A stretch of DNA of 64,000 bases from NCBI GenBank assembly GCA_963746775.1, contig CAVVCK010000001.1:19050-83049 (forward strand). Direction: 5' to 3'. Position 1 is the stretch's first letter. Every line of letters begins with the position of its first letter. The DNA is from an uncultured bacterium. Lineage in GTDB: Bacteria > Patescibacteriota > JABMPQ01 > CAVVCK01. The position numbers and the translations under genes were made by a program. The notes under the pieces are model-generated. The model was given only the letters and a program-made list of their open reading frames with translations, was not told where the DNA came from and did not search any database. Shown here in pieces: positions 1 through 9,539 of this stretch.

Positions 1-787
1 TGAAGATTTTGGCTATCAAACAGTTTCATTTGAAAAAGGAACAACAACAATGGATGGCGATTTAGCTTTAAAATACGCTAGATCAAGACACGGAGTCGTT
101 ACCGATGGTGAAGAAAGCGAAGGATCTGATTTTGCCAGAGCAAAAAGACAACAACAAATACTGACTTCTCTAAAAAATAAAGCATTCTCAATTTCCACCC
201 TAACAAATCCTAAAAAAATTAATGAGATACTCAATACCCTGGGTAATCACGTCAGAACCAATATAGAACCTTGGGAAATGTTAAAATTAAAAGATATTGC
301 CCAAGATGTAGATAATGAAAAAATAATAAATAAAGTTATCGATCAAGAAAGTGGCTTACTACAAGCAACCAAAGGTAGAAATAATGCTTACTTATTAATG
401 CCAAACGATAAAGAATACTCAGAGATTAAACAAGTTTTTCTTAATATTTTTAACCCTGAAGAGCTAAATAAAGAAAAAAATCAAGCTAGCGTAGCCATAT
501 TAAATGGTACCTCAATCGCAGGCTTAGCAAATAAAAATGCGAATAAATTATTAAATGAAAAATATAAAATTATTCATACTGGCAATGCCACTAATAATGA
601 TTATGAAAAAACAGTTATTTATGATCTTACAGCAGGTAAAATGCCTAGTGTATTGGCAAATTTAATAGAGAAATTCAATGCTAATCTATCTACTACTAAT
701 TTTACTGAAAATTTATCTAAAAATCCTATAAAAAACATCGAGGGAATAAACTTTATTGTTATATTAGGATCAAACTCTAATATCTAA
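1..787 (+). CDS. LCP (LytR-CpsA-Psr) family protein with LytR C-terminal domain, 5' truncated
   Basis: Frame is open from the window edge; ALKYARSRH and SDFARAKRQQQIL motifs; C-terminal VAILNGTSIAGLA. Confidence 0.85.
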   Translation, partial: EDFGYQTVSFEKGTTTMDGDLALKYARSRHGVVTDGEESEGSDFARAKRQQQILTSLKNKAFSISTLTNPKKINEILNTLGNHVRTNIEPWEMLKLKDIAQDVDNEKIINKVIDQESGLLQATKGRNNAYLLMPNDKEYSEIKQVFLNIFNPEELNKEKNQASVAILNGTSIAGLANKNANKLLNEKYKIIHTGNATNNDYEKTVIYDLTAGKMPSVLANLIEKFNANLSTTNFTENLSKNPIKNIEGINFIVILGSNSNI

Positions 788-799
788 TATATTATAAAT

Positions 800-2119
800 A
801 TGAAAAATACTGTTGCTATTATAGGAAAGCCCAATACAGGAAAATCAACCCTCTTTAATAAAATATTAGGTAGAAGAGAATCTATAACCAGTAAAGATAT
901 TGGAACTACTCGCGACATAATAATTCGAGATACAGCTTGGCAAGGAGTAAATTTTCAAATATTTGATACAGGAGGAATAGATTTAAAGACAAAAACAAAC
1001 CTTGAAGAAAATATTCAGCTACAAACAAGAATTGCTATTGATAGAGCGAATGTTATTTTACTCCTTATTAATATAAAAGAAGGCATAAAATTAGAAGATA
1101 TAGAAATTATAAATAAACTAAAAAAAACTAAAAATAATATAATTTTAGTAGCTAGCAAAGCTGATACTGAATTATTACGTGAAGAATCTTTAAATTTATA
1201 TAAGCTAGGCTTAGATAAGCCATTCCCAATTTCAGCAACAAACGGATCAGGCGTTGGTGATTTGCTAGATAAAATAGTTTCTTACTTTAATAAAAATGAA
1301 CATAAAATTGAAAGTGAAAGTGGCATAAAGGTTAGTATTTTAGGAAAACCAAATGCTGGTAAATCATCTTTATTTAACGCCATATCAAAGGAAAACAAAG
1401 TAATAGTTTCTGAAGAAGAAGGTACAACTAGGGATACAATAAATACCATAATCAAATATAAAGACAATAATATTATAATTACAGATACAGCTGGACTTCG
1501 CAGAAAATCAAAAATTAAATCTGATATTGAAAAAATAAGCTCTTTTAATAGTATCCATAATATTAAAAATTCTGATATTTGTTTACTTATAACTGACGCA
1601 ACTAAAAATTTATCACATCAAGATACCAGAATTATTACAAGAATTCTAGAAAATAAAAAAAGTATAATATTAGTAGTCAATAAATGGGATAAAATAAGGA
1701 TAAATAAAACCAAAACTGAAAATAAAATCCAAATTAAAAAACATATAAAATACATTAAATCTTATTTCCCATTTGTTGATTGGGCACCCTTAATCTTTAT
1801 ATCTGCTAAGAAAAAAGAAAATATAAGCGATTTACTAGAATCAATATTACTTGTTAATAAAGAAAGGGGTAAAATAATAGATGAAAAAGAATTGGATACC
1901 CTATTTAAAACAGTCACTAGAGATTTTTACAACAAAAAAGAGAAAAAGCGTTCGAACAATTATTTTATTCAGTCTAACAGTAATCGAAAAAAATTTATTT
2001 TATATACAAAGAAAGAAAAAGAAATACCAATCGCTTATTTAAATTTTTTAGAAAAAGCTATAAGAAAAGAATTTGGTTTTATAGGAACTCCAATTGAAAT
2101 AAACATTAATAAAATATAA
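800..2119 (+). CDS. der: Ribosome biogenesis GTPase Der (EngA)
   Basis: Two GTPase domains (GKPNTGKST, DTGG; GKPNAGKSS, DTAG, NKWD); C-terminal FGFIGTPI. Confidence 0.95.
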   Translation: MKNTVAIIGKPNTGKSTLFNKILGRRESITSKDIGTTRDIIIRDTAWQGVNFQIFDTGGIDLKTKTNLEENIQLQTRIAIDRANVILLLINIKEGIKLEDIEIINKLKKTKNNIILVASKADTELLREESLNLYKLGLDKPFPISATNGSGVGDLLDKIVSYFNKNEHKIESESGIKVSILGKPNAGKSSLFNAISKENKVIVSEEEGTTRDTINTIIKYKDNNIIITDTAGLRRKSKIKSDIEKISSFNSIHNIKNSDICLLITDATKNLSHQDTRIITRILENKKSIILVVNKWDKIRINKTKTENKIQIKKHIKYIKSYFPFVDWAPLIFISAKKKENISDLLESILLVNKERGKIIDEKELDTLFKTVTRDFYNKKEKKRSNNYFIQSNSNRKKFILYTKKEKEIPIAYLNFLEKAIRKEFGFIGTPIEININKI

Positions 2120-2129
2120 CCCCCTAATT

Positions 2130-2684
2130 ATGAAACTAATAGTAGGATTAGGAAATCCTGATTTAAAATACCATACAACAAGACATAATATAGGTTTTAT
2201 GGCCCTGGATTATATTAAAAAAAGATTTAACAGTGAAGGATCTTCTTTTGAAAATTTTATTTTTGACAAGAATTCAAATGCAAAAATATCCGAAGGAGTA
2301 TTTGATTCAGAAAAATTATTATTAGTAAAACCTCAAACCTATATGAATAATTCTGGTTTTTCAGTAGAAAAACTCGTTAATTATTACAAGATTAATTTCA
2401 AAAATAATTTGATTATTATTTACGATGATATAGATTTACCTTTTGGTAATATAAAAATAAAGGGGCAAAGCTCCGGAGGACACAAAGGGATGCAGTCTAT
2501 AATTGATAATATAAAAACTGATGAAATCCCCAGAATAAGAATAGGAATTCTTAACAAAGATAAAGATAAGATCAAAGACACTGCTTCGTATGTACTACAA
2601 AATTTTAATAAATCAGAAAAAGAAAAACTAGAAAACATCTTTGAGAATGTTCTGAACTCACTTAAAAAACTTTTAAACATTTAA
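2130..2684 (+). CDS. pth: Peptidyl-tRNA hydrolase
   Basis: LIVGLGNP, TRHNIGF, KPQTYMNNSG, GGHKG. Confidence 0.97.
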   Translation: MKLIVGLGNPDLKYHTTRHNIGFMALDYIKKRFNSEGSSFENFIFDKNSNAKISEGVFDSEKLLLVKPQTYMNNSGFSVEKLVNYYKINFKNNLIIIYDDIDLPFGNIKIKGQSSGGHKGMQSIIDNIKTDEIPRIRIGILNKDKDKIKDTASYVLQNFNKSEKEKLENIFENVLNSLKKLLNI

Positions 2685-2686
2685 TA

Positions 2687-2723
2687 TATAAAAACAATCC
2701 ATCAAATACGGATTGTTTTTATA
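2687..2723. terminator. Bidirectional intrinsic terminator
   Basis: TATAAAAACAATCC-9 nt-GGATTGTTTTTATA perfect 14-bp inverted repeat right after the pth stop. Confidence 0.8.
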
Positions 2724-2830
2724 ATAAAATAACACCTATTATCCTACCCGTGATTGGCCGATAAGACGTAAGGAGGGTTGTCTTACAAAACCTTTCACAG
2801 ATAGGATATTAAGTGCTATTTACTTGAGAC
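2687..2830 (-). ncRNA. Candidate structured small RNA of unknown family
   Basis: Minus-strand TTGACA/TATAAT promoter upstream, long nested stems with G-U pairs on the minus strand, terminator downstream, no long ORF. Confidence 0.55.
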
Positions 2831-2835
2831 ACTTT

Positions 2836-2863
2836 ATTATATACAATCAACCTTTAATGTCAA
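2836..2863 (-). promoter_or_regulatory. Sigma70-type promoter for the candidate ncRNA
   Basis: TTGACA (2863-2858), 16 nt, TATAAT (2841-2836). Confidence 0.65.
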
Positions 2864-2873
2864 TATTTTTTAT

Positions 2874-5800
2874 ATGCCTCTAGAAAATATATTTAGAAAT
2901 TCTTTAGAAATTATTCCGAAAAAAGAAATTAAAACAAATATAGCAAGTTTAGATGATAAATTTAAGCCTTATTTTATATTAAATTTGCTAAATTTTACTA
3001 AATGCCTTGAAAATCCTTTACTAATATTTGCCTCAGAAGAAAGCAAAATAAATCTGTTATTTAACACATTTGCTTACTGGAATAAGTTTCTGTCACAAAT
3101 TTTAAAATTTGAAACCGCTTCTATTTATAACTACACTTTTAACAAAGAACATCTAGCTACAGAAGAAAAAATAAATTTTTCTAATGCAAAAATTATAGCC
3201 AATCTCTTCTCTAGAAATAAAGGCATTTACCTCTTCCCTATTGAATCAATTACAGAAAAAACTATATCTATAAATTCCTATAACAGCAAGATTTTAAAAT
3301 TAAAAAAAAATCAAGATGTAGATCTTGATCAATTACTCAAAAACTTAGTTACTCTCGGCTATAAAACTGAAAATGGTACTTTTATTCCTGGTTATTTTGA
3401 AAAGAGAGGTGGAATAGTTAACATTTTCCCTATTAATTATAAAAATCCAATAAAATTAGATTTGTATGGAAATAAAATTGAGAATATAAAGACTTTTAAT
3501 ATTAAAAGTAAAATAACAAGTAAAAACTTAGACCTAATTAATATATACCCCGCTCAAACAAATAGTTTAGAAAATAAAAACAGTTCTCTTATTCTTGATT
3601 ATTTAAATATTTATAAACCAAATATAATTTTAGATAATCCAGATACTTTTGAAAATTATTTAGATTTTAGCCAAACTGACAGATTAGCAACTTTTAAGAA
3701 AATAACCGATGAATGTAAGAGTATAGTTTTTAATAATCTTCCCTTAAATTCTAAAAACAATCATTTTTTAAACTATCAGAAGATTACACCCTACAGGAAA
3801 AATATAGCTTTATTTAAAAATAACATAATCAAAAAACAAAAAGATAATTATCAAATTATAATTATTACTGATTTTGAAAAACAATTTAAAAATATATTTA
3901 AAAATTTAAAAAATATTTATTTTGTCAAAAAGAAAAAAGTATGTTTTGAAAATATTAATCTAGTGTCAGGCTTTGATAATAAAAAGACAAAAACTCTACT
4001 CATCTTTGATCAAGAAATTTTAGGTGAAGAAATTGATATTAAAAAAAGAAAAAAAATAGATGAAGTGTTTATTTCAGATTTAAACCCGGAAGATTTTATA
4101 GTGCATATAGATCATGGTATTGGCATATTTAAGGGCGTAATTCAGCTAAATGTAGATGAAGGTCTAAGAGAATTTCTAATAATTGAATATGCTAAAGGTG
4201 ATAAATTATATTTGCCAGCTGAATATACCGACAAGGTTAGTAAATATATAGGTGCTGGTAAGCCTAAAATAAACCGTCTTCATGAAATTTCCTGGAAAGA
4301 ACTTAGAAAGAAAGTAAAAGCAGATGCGGAAAAACAAGCAAAAGAACTATTGCAAATTTATGCACAAAGAGAAACATCTTCTGGCTTTATGTTTTCTAAA
4401 GACACCCCCGAACAAAAGTTACTAGACAGCTCATTTGAATATCAAGAAACCCCAGATCAATTAAAAATTATAAAAGAGATTAAAGCTGATATGGAAGGAG
4501 GAGATATGCTTTTTAAAGAATTTAATATTAAGAAACCAATGGACAGGCTTGTTTGCGGTGATGTTGGTTTTGGGAAAACAGAGATAGCTATACGAGTTAG
4601 TTTTAAAGCAACTCAAGACAAGAAACAAGTAGCTATACTATGCCCTACTACTATTTTAGCAGAACAACATTTTGAGACTTTCTCAAAAAGATTAAATAAT
4701 TTTCCCTGTAAAATTGGAGTATTGTCTAGATTTAAAACAAAAAAAGAACAAAAAGAAATAGTTCAGAAATTAGCTGCTGGAAAAATTGATATTATTATTG
4801 GCACTCATAGATTATTATCAAACGATATAAAATTTAGTGATTTAGGTCTAATTATAATTGACGAGGAACAAAGATTTGGCGTAAAACACAAAGAAAAATT
4901 AAAAAAATTAAGACCAAGGGTTGATATTATTACACTTAGTGCCACTCCTATTCCTCGTACTTTAAATTTAGCCTTATCAAAACTAAAAAACATAAATATT
5001 CTGGAAACTCCGCCTGAGGGAAGATTAGCGGTAGAAACTCATATTCTCCCATACGATGATAAAAAAATTATTGAGGCTATTCAATTTGAAATAAAAAGAA
5101 ATGGTCAAGTTTATTATCTCCATAATCGTGTAGCAACTATTGATGTAGAGTTAAAGAGATTAAAAAAACTAATACCTAACGCTTCCTTCGGAATAATACA
5201 TGGACAATTATCTGAAAAAGAAATAGCTAATATGATGGATAAATTTAACAGAAAAAAAGAAATTGATGTCTTAATCTGTTCTTCAATTATTGAAAATGGT
5301 CTTGATTTACCAAATGTAAACACCTTAATCGTAGATAATGCTATTATGTTTGGACTGGCAGATTTGCATCAATTAAGAGGGCGAATTGGCAGAAGTAAAA
5401 GAAAAGCTTATGCCTATTTCTTTTACAAAAGTCAAAAATTAAAGAAAAAAGCGCATCAAAGATTAGAAGCCTTGCTTTCAGCCAAAGAATTAGGGGCAGG
5501 TTTTCAAATTGCTATGCAAGATTTAGAAATAAGAGGTGCTGGAAATATCTTAGGTGAACAACAGTCGGGTAATATTAAATCAGTAGGCTTAAATCTCTAT
5601 TGCCAATTATTAAATCAGGCAGTCAAAGAACTTGAAACTGGTGAGGTAGAAGAATTAGCTCTAGATATAACTATAGATTTACCCATATCAGCCTATATCC
5701 CTAAAACTATGATTCAAGATTCCAAGAAGAGAATAAAATTATATCAAGAATTAGCCAAAATACATGATTTAAACGAATTAATAATTTCAAAAAGAAAACT

Positions 5801-6107
5801 TAATGATCAATATAAGAATAACTCCGTAGAATTTAGAAATTTATTTAAAATTTTAGAATTTAAAATTCTGGCTAAAAATGCTAATATAAAAAGTATTGAT
5901 TCCAAAAAAATAATAAAATACGGAGATGAAATCTATCGACTAACTTTAGAATTTAGTAAAATTCCACCTTTTAAAAAAATAAGAAGTTTAATAGATAGAA
6001 ATATAGATTTTACTATTGATAATAATTTATTAAAAATTGATTCTAATAACTTAGACAAAAATAATTTGTTAAGCTTATTAAAAAACATTTTAATTTCTTT
6101 AAAATAA
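2874..6107 (+). CDS. mfd: Transcription-repair coupling factor
   Basis: RID (VHIDHGIG), GDVGFGKT, DEEQRFG, QLRGRIGRS, DLEIRGAGNILG; divergent N-terminus. Confidence 0.95.
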   Translation: MPLENIFRNSLEIIPKKEIKTNIASLDDKFKPYFILNLLNFTKCLENPLLIFASEESKINLLFNTFAYWNKFLSQILKFETASIYNYTFNKEHLATEEKINFSNAKIIANLFSRNKGIYLFPIESITEKTISINSYNSKILKLKKNQDVDLDQLLKNLVTLGYKTENGTFIPGYFEKRGGIVNIFPINYKNPIKLDLYGNKIENIKTFNIKSKITSKNLDLINIYPAQTNSLENKNSSLILDYLNIYKPNIILDNPDTFENYLDFSQTDRLATFKKITDECKSIVFNNLPLNSKNNHFLNYQKITPYRKNIALFKNNIIKKQKDNYQIIIITDFEKQFKNIFKNLKNIYFVKKKKVCFENINLVSGFDNKKTKTLLIFDQEILGEEIDIKKRKKIDEVFISDLNPEDFIVHIDHGIGIFKGVIQLNVDEGLREFLIIEYAKGDKLYLPAEYTDKVSKYIGAGKPKINRLHEISWKELRKKVKADAEKQAKELLQIYAQRETSSGFMFSKDTPEQKLLDSSFEYQETPDQLKIIKEIKADMEGGDMLFKEFNIKKPMDRLVCGDVGFGKTEIAIRVSFKATQDKKQVAILCPTTILAEQHFETFSKRLNNFPCKIGVLSRFKTKKEQKEIVQKLAAGKIDIIIGTHRLLSNDIKFSDLGLIIIDEEQRFGVKHKEKLKKLRPRVDIITLSATPIPRTLNLALSKLKNINILETPPEGRLAVETHILPYDDKKIIEAIQFEIKRNGQVYYLHNRVATIDVELKRLKKLIPNASFGIIHGQLSEKEIANMMDKFNRKKEIDVLICSSIIENGLDLPNVNTLIVDNAIMFGLADLHQLRGRIGRSKRKAYAYFFYKSQKLKKKAHQRLEALLSAKELGAGFQIAMQDLEIRGAGNILGEQQSGNIKSVGLNLYCQLLNQAVKELETGEVEELALDITIDLPISAYIPKTMIQDSKKRIKLYQELAKIHDLNELIISKRKLNDQYKNNSVEFRNLFKILEFKILAKNANIKSIDSKKIIKYGDEIYRLTLEFSKIPPFKKIRSLIDRNIDFTIDNNLLKIDSNNLDKNNLLSLLKNILISLK

Positions 6108-6112
6108 ATATA

Positions 6113-7204
6113 ATGCAGGAGGATTTAAAGTATTGGAACGCTATTAATTTAAATACTAGAATAGGTCCGGTAAAATTTAAAAAGCTTTACAATTACTTCG
6201 ATACAATGGAAGAAGTTTGGCAAACTGATTCTTTGAAACTTTTAAAATGTGGCTTAAAAGAAAAGGATATAAACTATTTTTTGGCCAAAAGACAATCAAT
6301 TGATGCAAATAGTGAATTTGAAAAATTATTAAAAGAAAATATAGAGCTTATCTCTATCAAGGACAAAAAATACCCAAAATTATTAAAAGAAATATTTGCT
6401 CCACCGCCTCTCCTTTATGTTCGAGGTAATATAGATACTAACCCTTGTATTGGAGTAGTAGGCACCAGAAAATACTCTTCTTATGGTAAACAAGTAGTTG
6501 AAAATATAGTAAAAGATTTAGCATTATCAAAAATTACTATAGTTTCTGGACTAGCCCTAGGTATAGATGCTCTAGCTCATCAGGAAACTCTTAACAATAA
6601 TGGCCAAACTTATGCTATCCTGGGATCAGGAGTGAACCAAGGAAGTATTTATCCCTCAAATAATAGAATAATCGCCGATAAGATATTAGAAAAAGGTGGA
6701 GCTATTATATCTGAATATCCCTATGGAACACCACCACTAAAACAGAATTTTCCTGCTAGAAATAGGATAATATCAGGCTTATCCCTGGCTACTTTAGTAA
6801 TTGAAGCTCCTAAAGAATCTGGTGCTCTGATCACGGCTAATTTCGCCCTTGAACAAAATAGGGATGTTTTTGCAGTACCTGGTAATATTTTCAGCAAAAA
6901 CTCTGAAGGAACAAATAATTTGATCAAGAAAGGAGCAGCTATGGTTACTTCTGCAGCTGATATTTTAGAAGAACTAAATTTAAAAGAAATAATCAATACA
7001 GGCATTAAAAAAGAAATCATGCCAGATAGCCCGGAGGAAGAAAAAATAGTCTCTTCCTTATCACAAGATCCTATCCATATCGATAAAATTGCTAAAATAA
7101 CTGGTTTAAATATAAAAAATGTATCATCTACTCTAACCATAATGGAAATAAAAGGTATGGTAAAAAATATGGGTAATATGGAATATATTTTGGTTTATAA
7201 ATAG
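6113..7204 (+). CDS. dprA: DNA-processing protein DprA
   Basis: VVGTR, VSGLALGIDA, FPARNRIISG, ESGALITA. Confidence 0.95.
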   Translation: MQEDLKYWNAINLNTRIGPVKFKKLYNYFDTMEEVWQTDSLKLLKCGLKEKDINYFLAKRQSIDANSEFEKLLKENIELISIKDKKYPKLLKEIFAPPPLLYVRGNIDTNPCIGVVGTRKYSSYGKQVVENIVKDLALSKITIVSGLALGIDALAHQETLNNNGQTYAILGSGVNQGSIYPSNNRIIADKILEKGGAIISEYPYGTPPLKQNFPARNRIISGLSLATLVIEAPKESGALITANFALEQNRDVFAVPGNIFSKNSEGTNNLIKKGAAMVTSAADILEELNLKEIINTGIKKEIMPDSPEEEKIVSSLSQDPIHIDKIAKITGLNIKNVSSTLTIMEIKGMVKNMGNMEYILVYK

Positions 7205-7274
7205 CAAATTTGCATTTTATAGAATAAAAACTATAATTTAAAGTTATAGAACATAAAATTAATAAAGTTTAACT

Positions 7275-9509
7275 ATGAAATTAATTATCGTTGAATCCCC
7301 CACAAAAGCTAAAACTATATCACGCTTTTTAGGTAAAGATTATAAAGTAGAATCCTCTTATGGACATTTGCGTGATTTACCAAAAAAAGAAATAGGTGTT
7401 GATGTTGAAAATGATTTTAAACCTACTTATATTGCCATACCTAAAGCTAAAAAAAGGATAGCTGAACTTAAAAAATTAGTGAAAAACTCTACTGAAGTAA
7501 TACTTGCTTCTGATGAAGACCGGGAAGGAGAAGCTATCGCTTGGCATATTATTCACATCCTAGATCTATCAAAAAATGGTAAGAAAAAATATTCCCGTAT
7601 TGTATTCCATGAAATTACTAAAGATGCCATAGAAAAAGCTCTAGAAAACCCCAGAGACATAGATTTTAAATTAGTTAATGCCCAACAAGCCAGAAGAATT
7701 CTGGATAGACTAGTTGGTTATAAATTATCTCCTCTTCTGTGGAAAAAGGTAAAAATGGGATTATCCGCGGGAAGAGTCCAATCAGTAGCTGTAAGGTTAA
7801 TTTGCGATCGAGAAGAAGACATCAATAAATTTAAACCTCAAGAATATTGGACTATTGAAGCAGATCTAAACAAATCAGGAGAAAAAGATAAACCGTTTGT
7901 CGCCAGGCTAGCAAAGAAAGATGATAAGGCTCTATCTAAATTGGGTATAAATAATAAAAAAGAAGCTAATAAAATACTAGATGATTTAAAAAAGGCTACT
8001 TATAAAGTAGTTAATATAGAAAAGAAGGAAGTAAGAAAATCTCCCCCACCTCCTTTTATTACCAGCACCCTACAACAAGCTGCTATTAGAAATTTGGGTT
8101 TTTCTGCCAAACAGACTATGATGTTAGCCCAACAACTATATGAAGGTATTGAAATAAACGACAAGTCTGAAGGTTTAATTACTTACATGAGAACAGATTC
8201 ATATAATTTAGCTGAAACTGCTCTTAATTCCATTAAATCATTAATAGAAAAAGAATATGGTCAGAGTTATTCATTGTCTGCCCCTAGATTTTACAAGAAA
8301 AAATCAAAAAATGCTCAGGAAGCTCATGAAGCAATTAGACCAACAGATTTTGCAAAAAGTCCAGAAAGTATCAAGAGTTTTTTAGAACCAAGACAATATA
8401 GACTTTACAATTTAATCTGGAAAAGAGCTATAGCTTGCCAAATGCAAGATGCTATACTTGATTCAACCGCTATTGACATCAAGGCTAATAATTACACTTT
8501 CAGGGCTAATGGATCAATTGTTAAATTTGACGGATTTAGTAAAATTTACTCAGAAAATAAAGACATATTTAAAGAAGCTCTTCTACCTAATTTGGAATTA
8601 GATGAAATACTAGAATTAATTAAATTAAATCCAGCTCAACATTTCACAGAACCTCCAGCTAGATACTCCGAAGCATCGCTAGTAGCGGCTTTAGAAAAAT
8701 ACGGCATAGGACGCCCTTCTACTTATGCTCCTACCCTAAGTACTATCCAAGATAGAGGCTATGTAGAAAAAATAGAGAAAAAATTCCATCCCAAAGAAAT
8801 AGGTACCCTAGTAAACAAAATATTAAAAGAACATTTTCCCAATATAGTCGACATAGAATTTACCGCCCAAATGGAAGAAGATTTGGATCTAGTCGCTCAA
8901 GATAAAAAAGAATGGGTTAAAACTTTATCTGATTTTTATAATCCTTTTATAAAAAATATCAAAAAGAAAGAGAAAGAATTATCCAAGAAAAAATTAACTG
9001 AAGAAAAAACCGATAAAAAATGCCCTAAATGCGGAAAACCAGTAGTCATTAAATTAGGAAGATTTGGAAAATTTTATGCTTGTTCTAACTACCCCGATTG
9101 TAAACATACAGAGCCATTAGAAGAAGAAAAGAAGGAGAAAGAAAAGATAAATGAAAAATGCGAAAAATGCGGAAGCCCGATGGAATTAAAAATAGGAAGA
9201 TTTGGAAAATTCTTAGCTTGTTCAAAATATCCAGATTGCAAAAACACTAAACCTTTTACTGTATCTTTAAATGTAAAATGTCCTAAATGTAAAATTGGTG
9301 AAATTGTTGAAAAAAGAACTAAAAAAGGGAGAAACTTCTATGCTTGTAATAAATATCCAGACTGTGATTTTGCTATGTGGCAAAAACCTTCTGGTAAAAA
9401 ATGTCCAAAATGTGATAGTCTTTTAATATACGCTGGTAAAAATAAAATTAAATGTAGTAAAAAAGAATGTGGTTATGAAGAAGAAAATAACGATAATGAT
9501 AAAACATAA
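7275..9509 (+). CDS. topA: DNA topoisomerase I
   Basis: IVESPTKAKTI, DEDREGE, SAGRVQS, ITYMRTDS, C-terminal C4 zinc ribbons. Confidence 0.97.
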   Translation: MKLIIVESPTKAKTISRFLGKDYKVESSYGHLRDLPKKEIGVDVENDFKPTYIAIPKAKKRIAELKKLVKNSTEVILASDEDREGEAIAWHIIHILDLSKNGKKKYSRIVFHEITKDAIEKALENPRDIDFKLVNAQQARRILDRLVGYKLSPLLWKKVKMGLSAGRVQSVAVRLICDREEDINKFKPQEYWTIEADLNKSGEKDKPFVARLAKKDDKALSKLGINNKKEANKILDDLKKATYKVVNIEKKEVRKSPPPPFITSTLQQAAIRNLGFSAKQTMMLAQQLYEGIEINDKSEGLITYMRTDSYNLAETALNSIKSLIEKEYGQSYSLSAPRFYKKKSKNAQEAHEAIRPTDFAKSPESIKSFLEPRQYRLYNLIWKRAIACQMQDAILDSTAIDIKANNYTFRANGSIVKFDGFSKIYSENKDIFKEALLPNLELDEILELIKLNPAQHFTEPPARYSEASLVAALEKYGIGRPSTYAPTLSTIQDRGYVEKIEKKFHPKEIGTLVNKILKEHFPNIVDIEFTAQMEEDLDLVAQDKKEWVKTLSDFYNPFIKNIKKKEKELSKKKLTEEKTDKKCPKCGKPVVIKLGRFGKFYACSNYPDCKHTEPLEEEKKEKEKINEKCEKCGSPMELKIGRFGKFLACSKYPDCKNTKPFTVSLNVKCPKCKIGEIVEKRTKKGRNFYACNKYPDCDFAMWQKPSGKKCPKCDSLLIYAGKNKIKCSKKECGYEEENNDNDKT

Positions 9510-9539
9510 TTTCAAAAATTATATTATAATTCTTAACTA

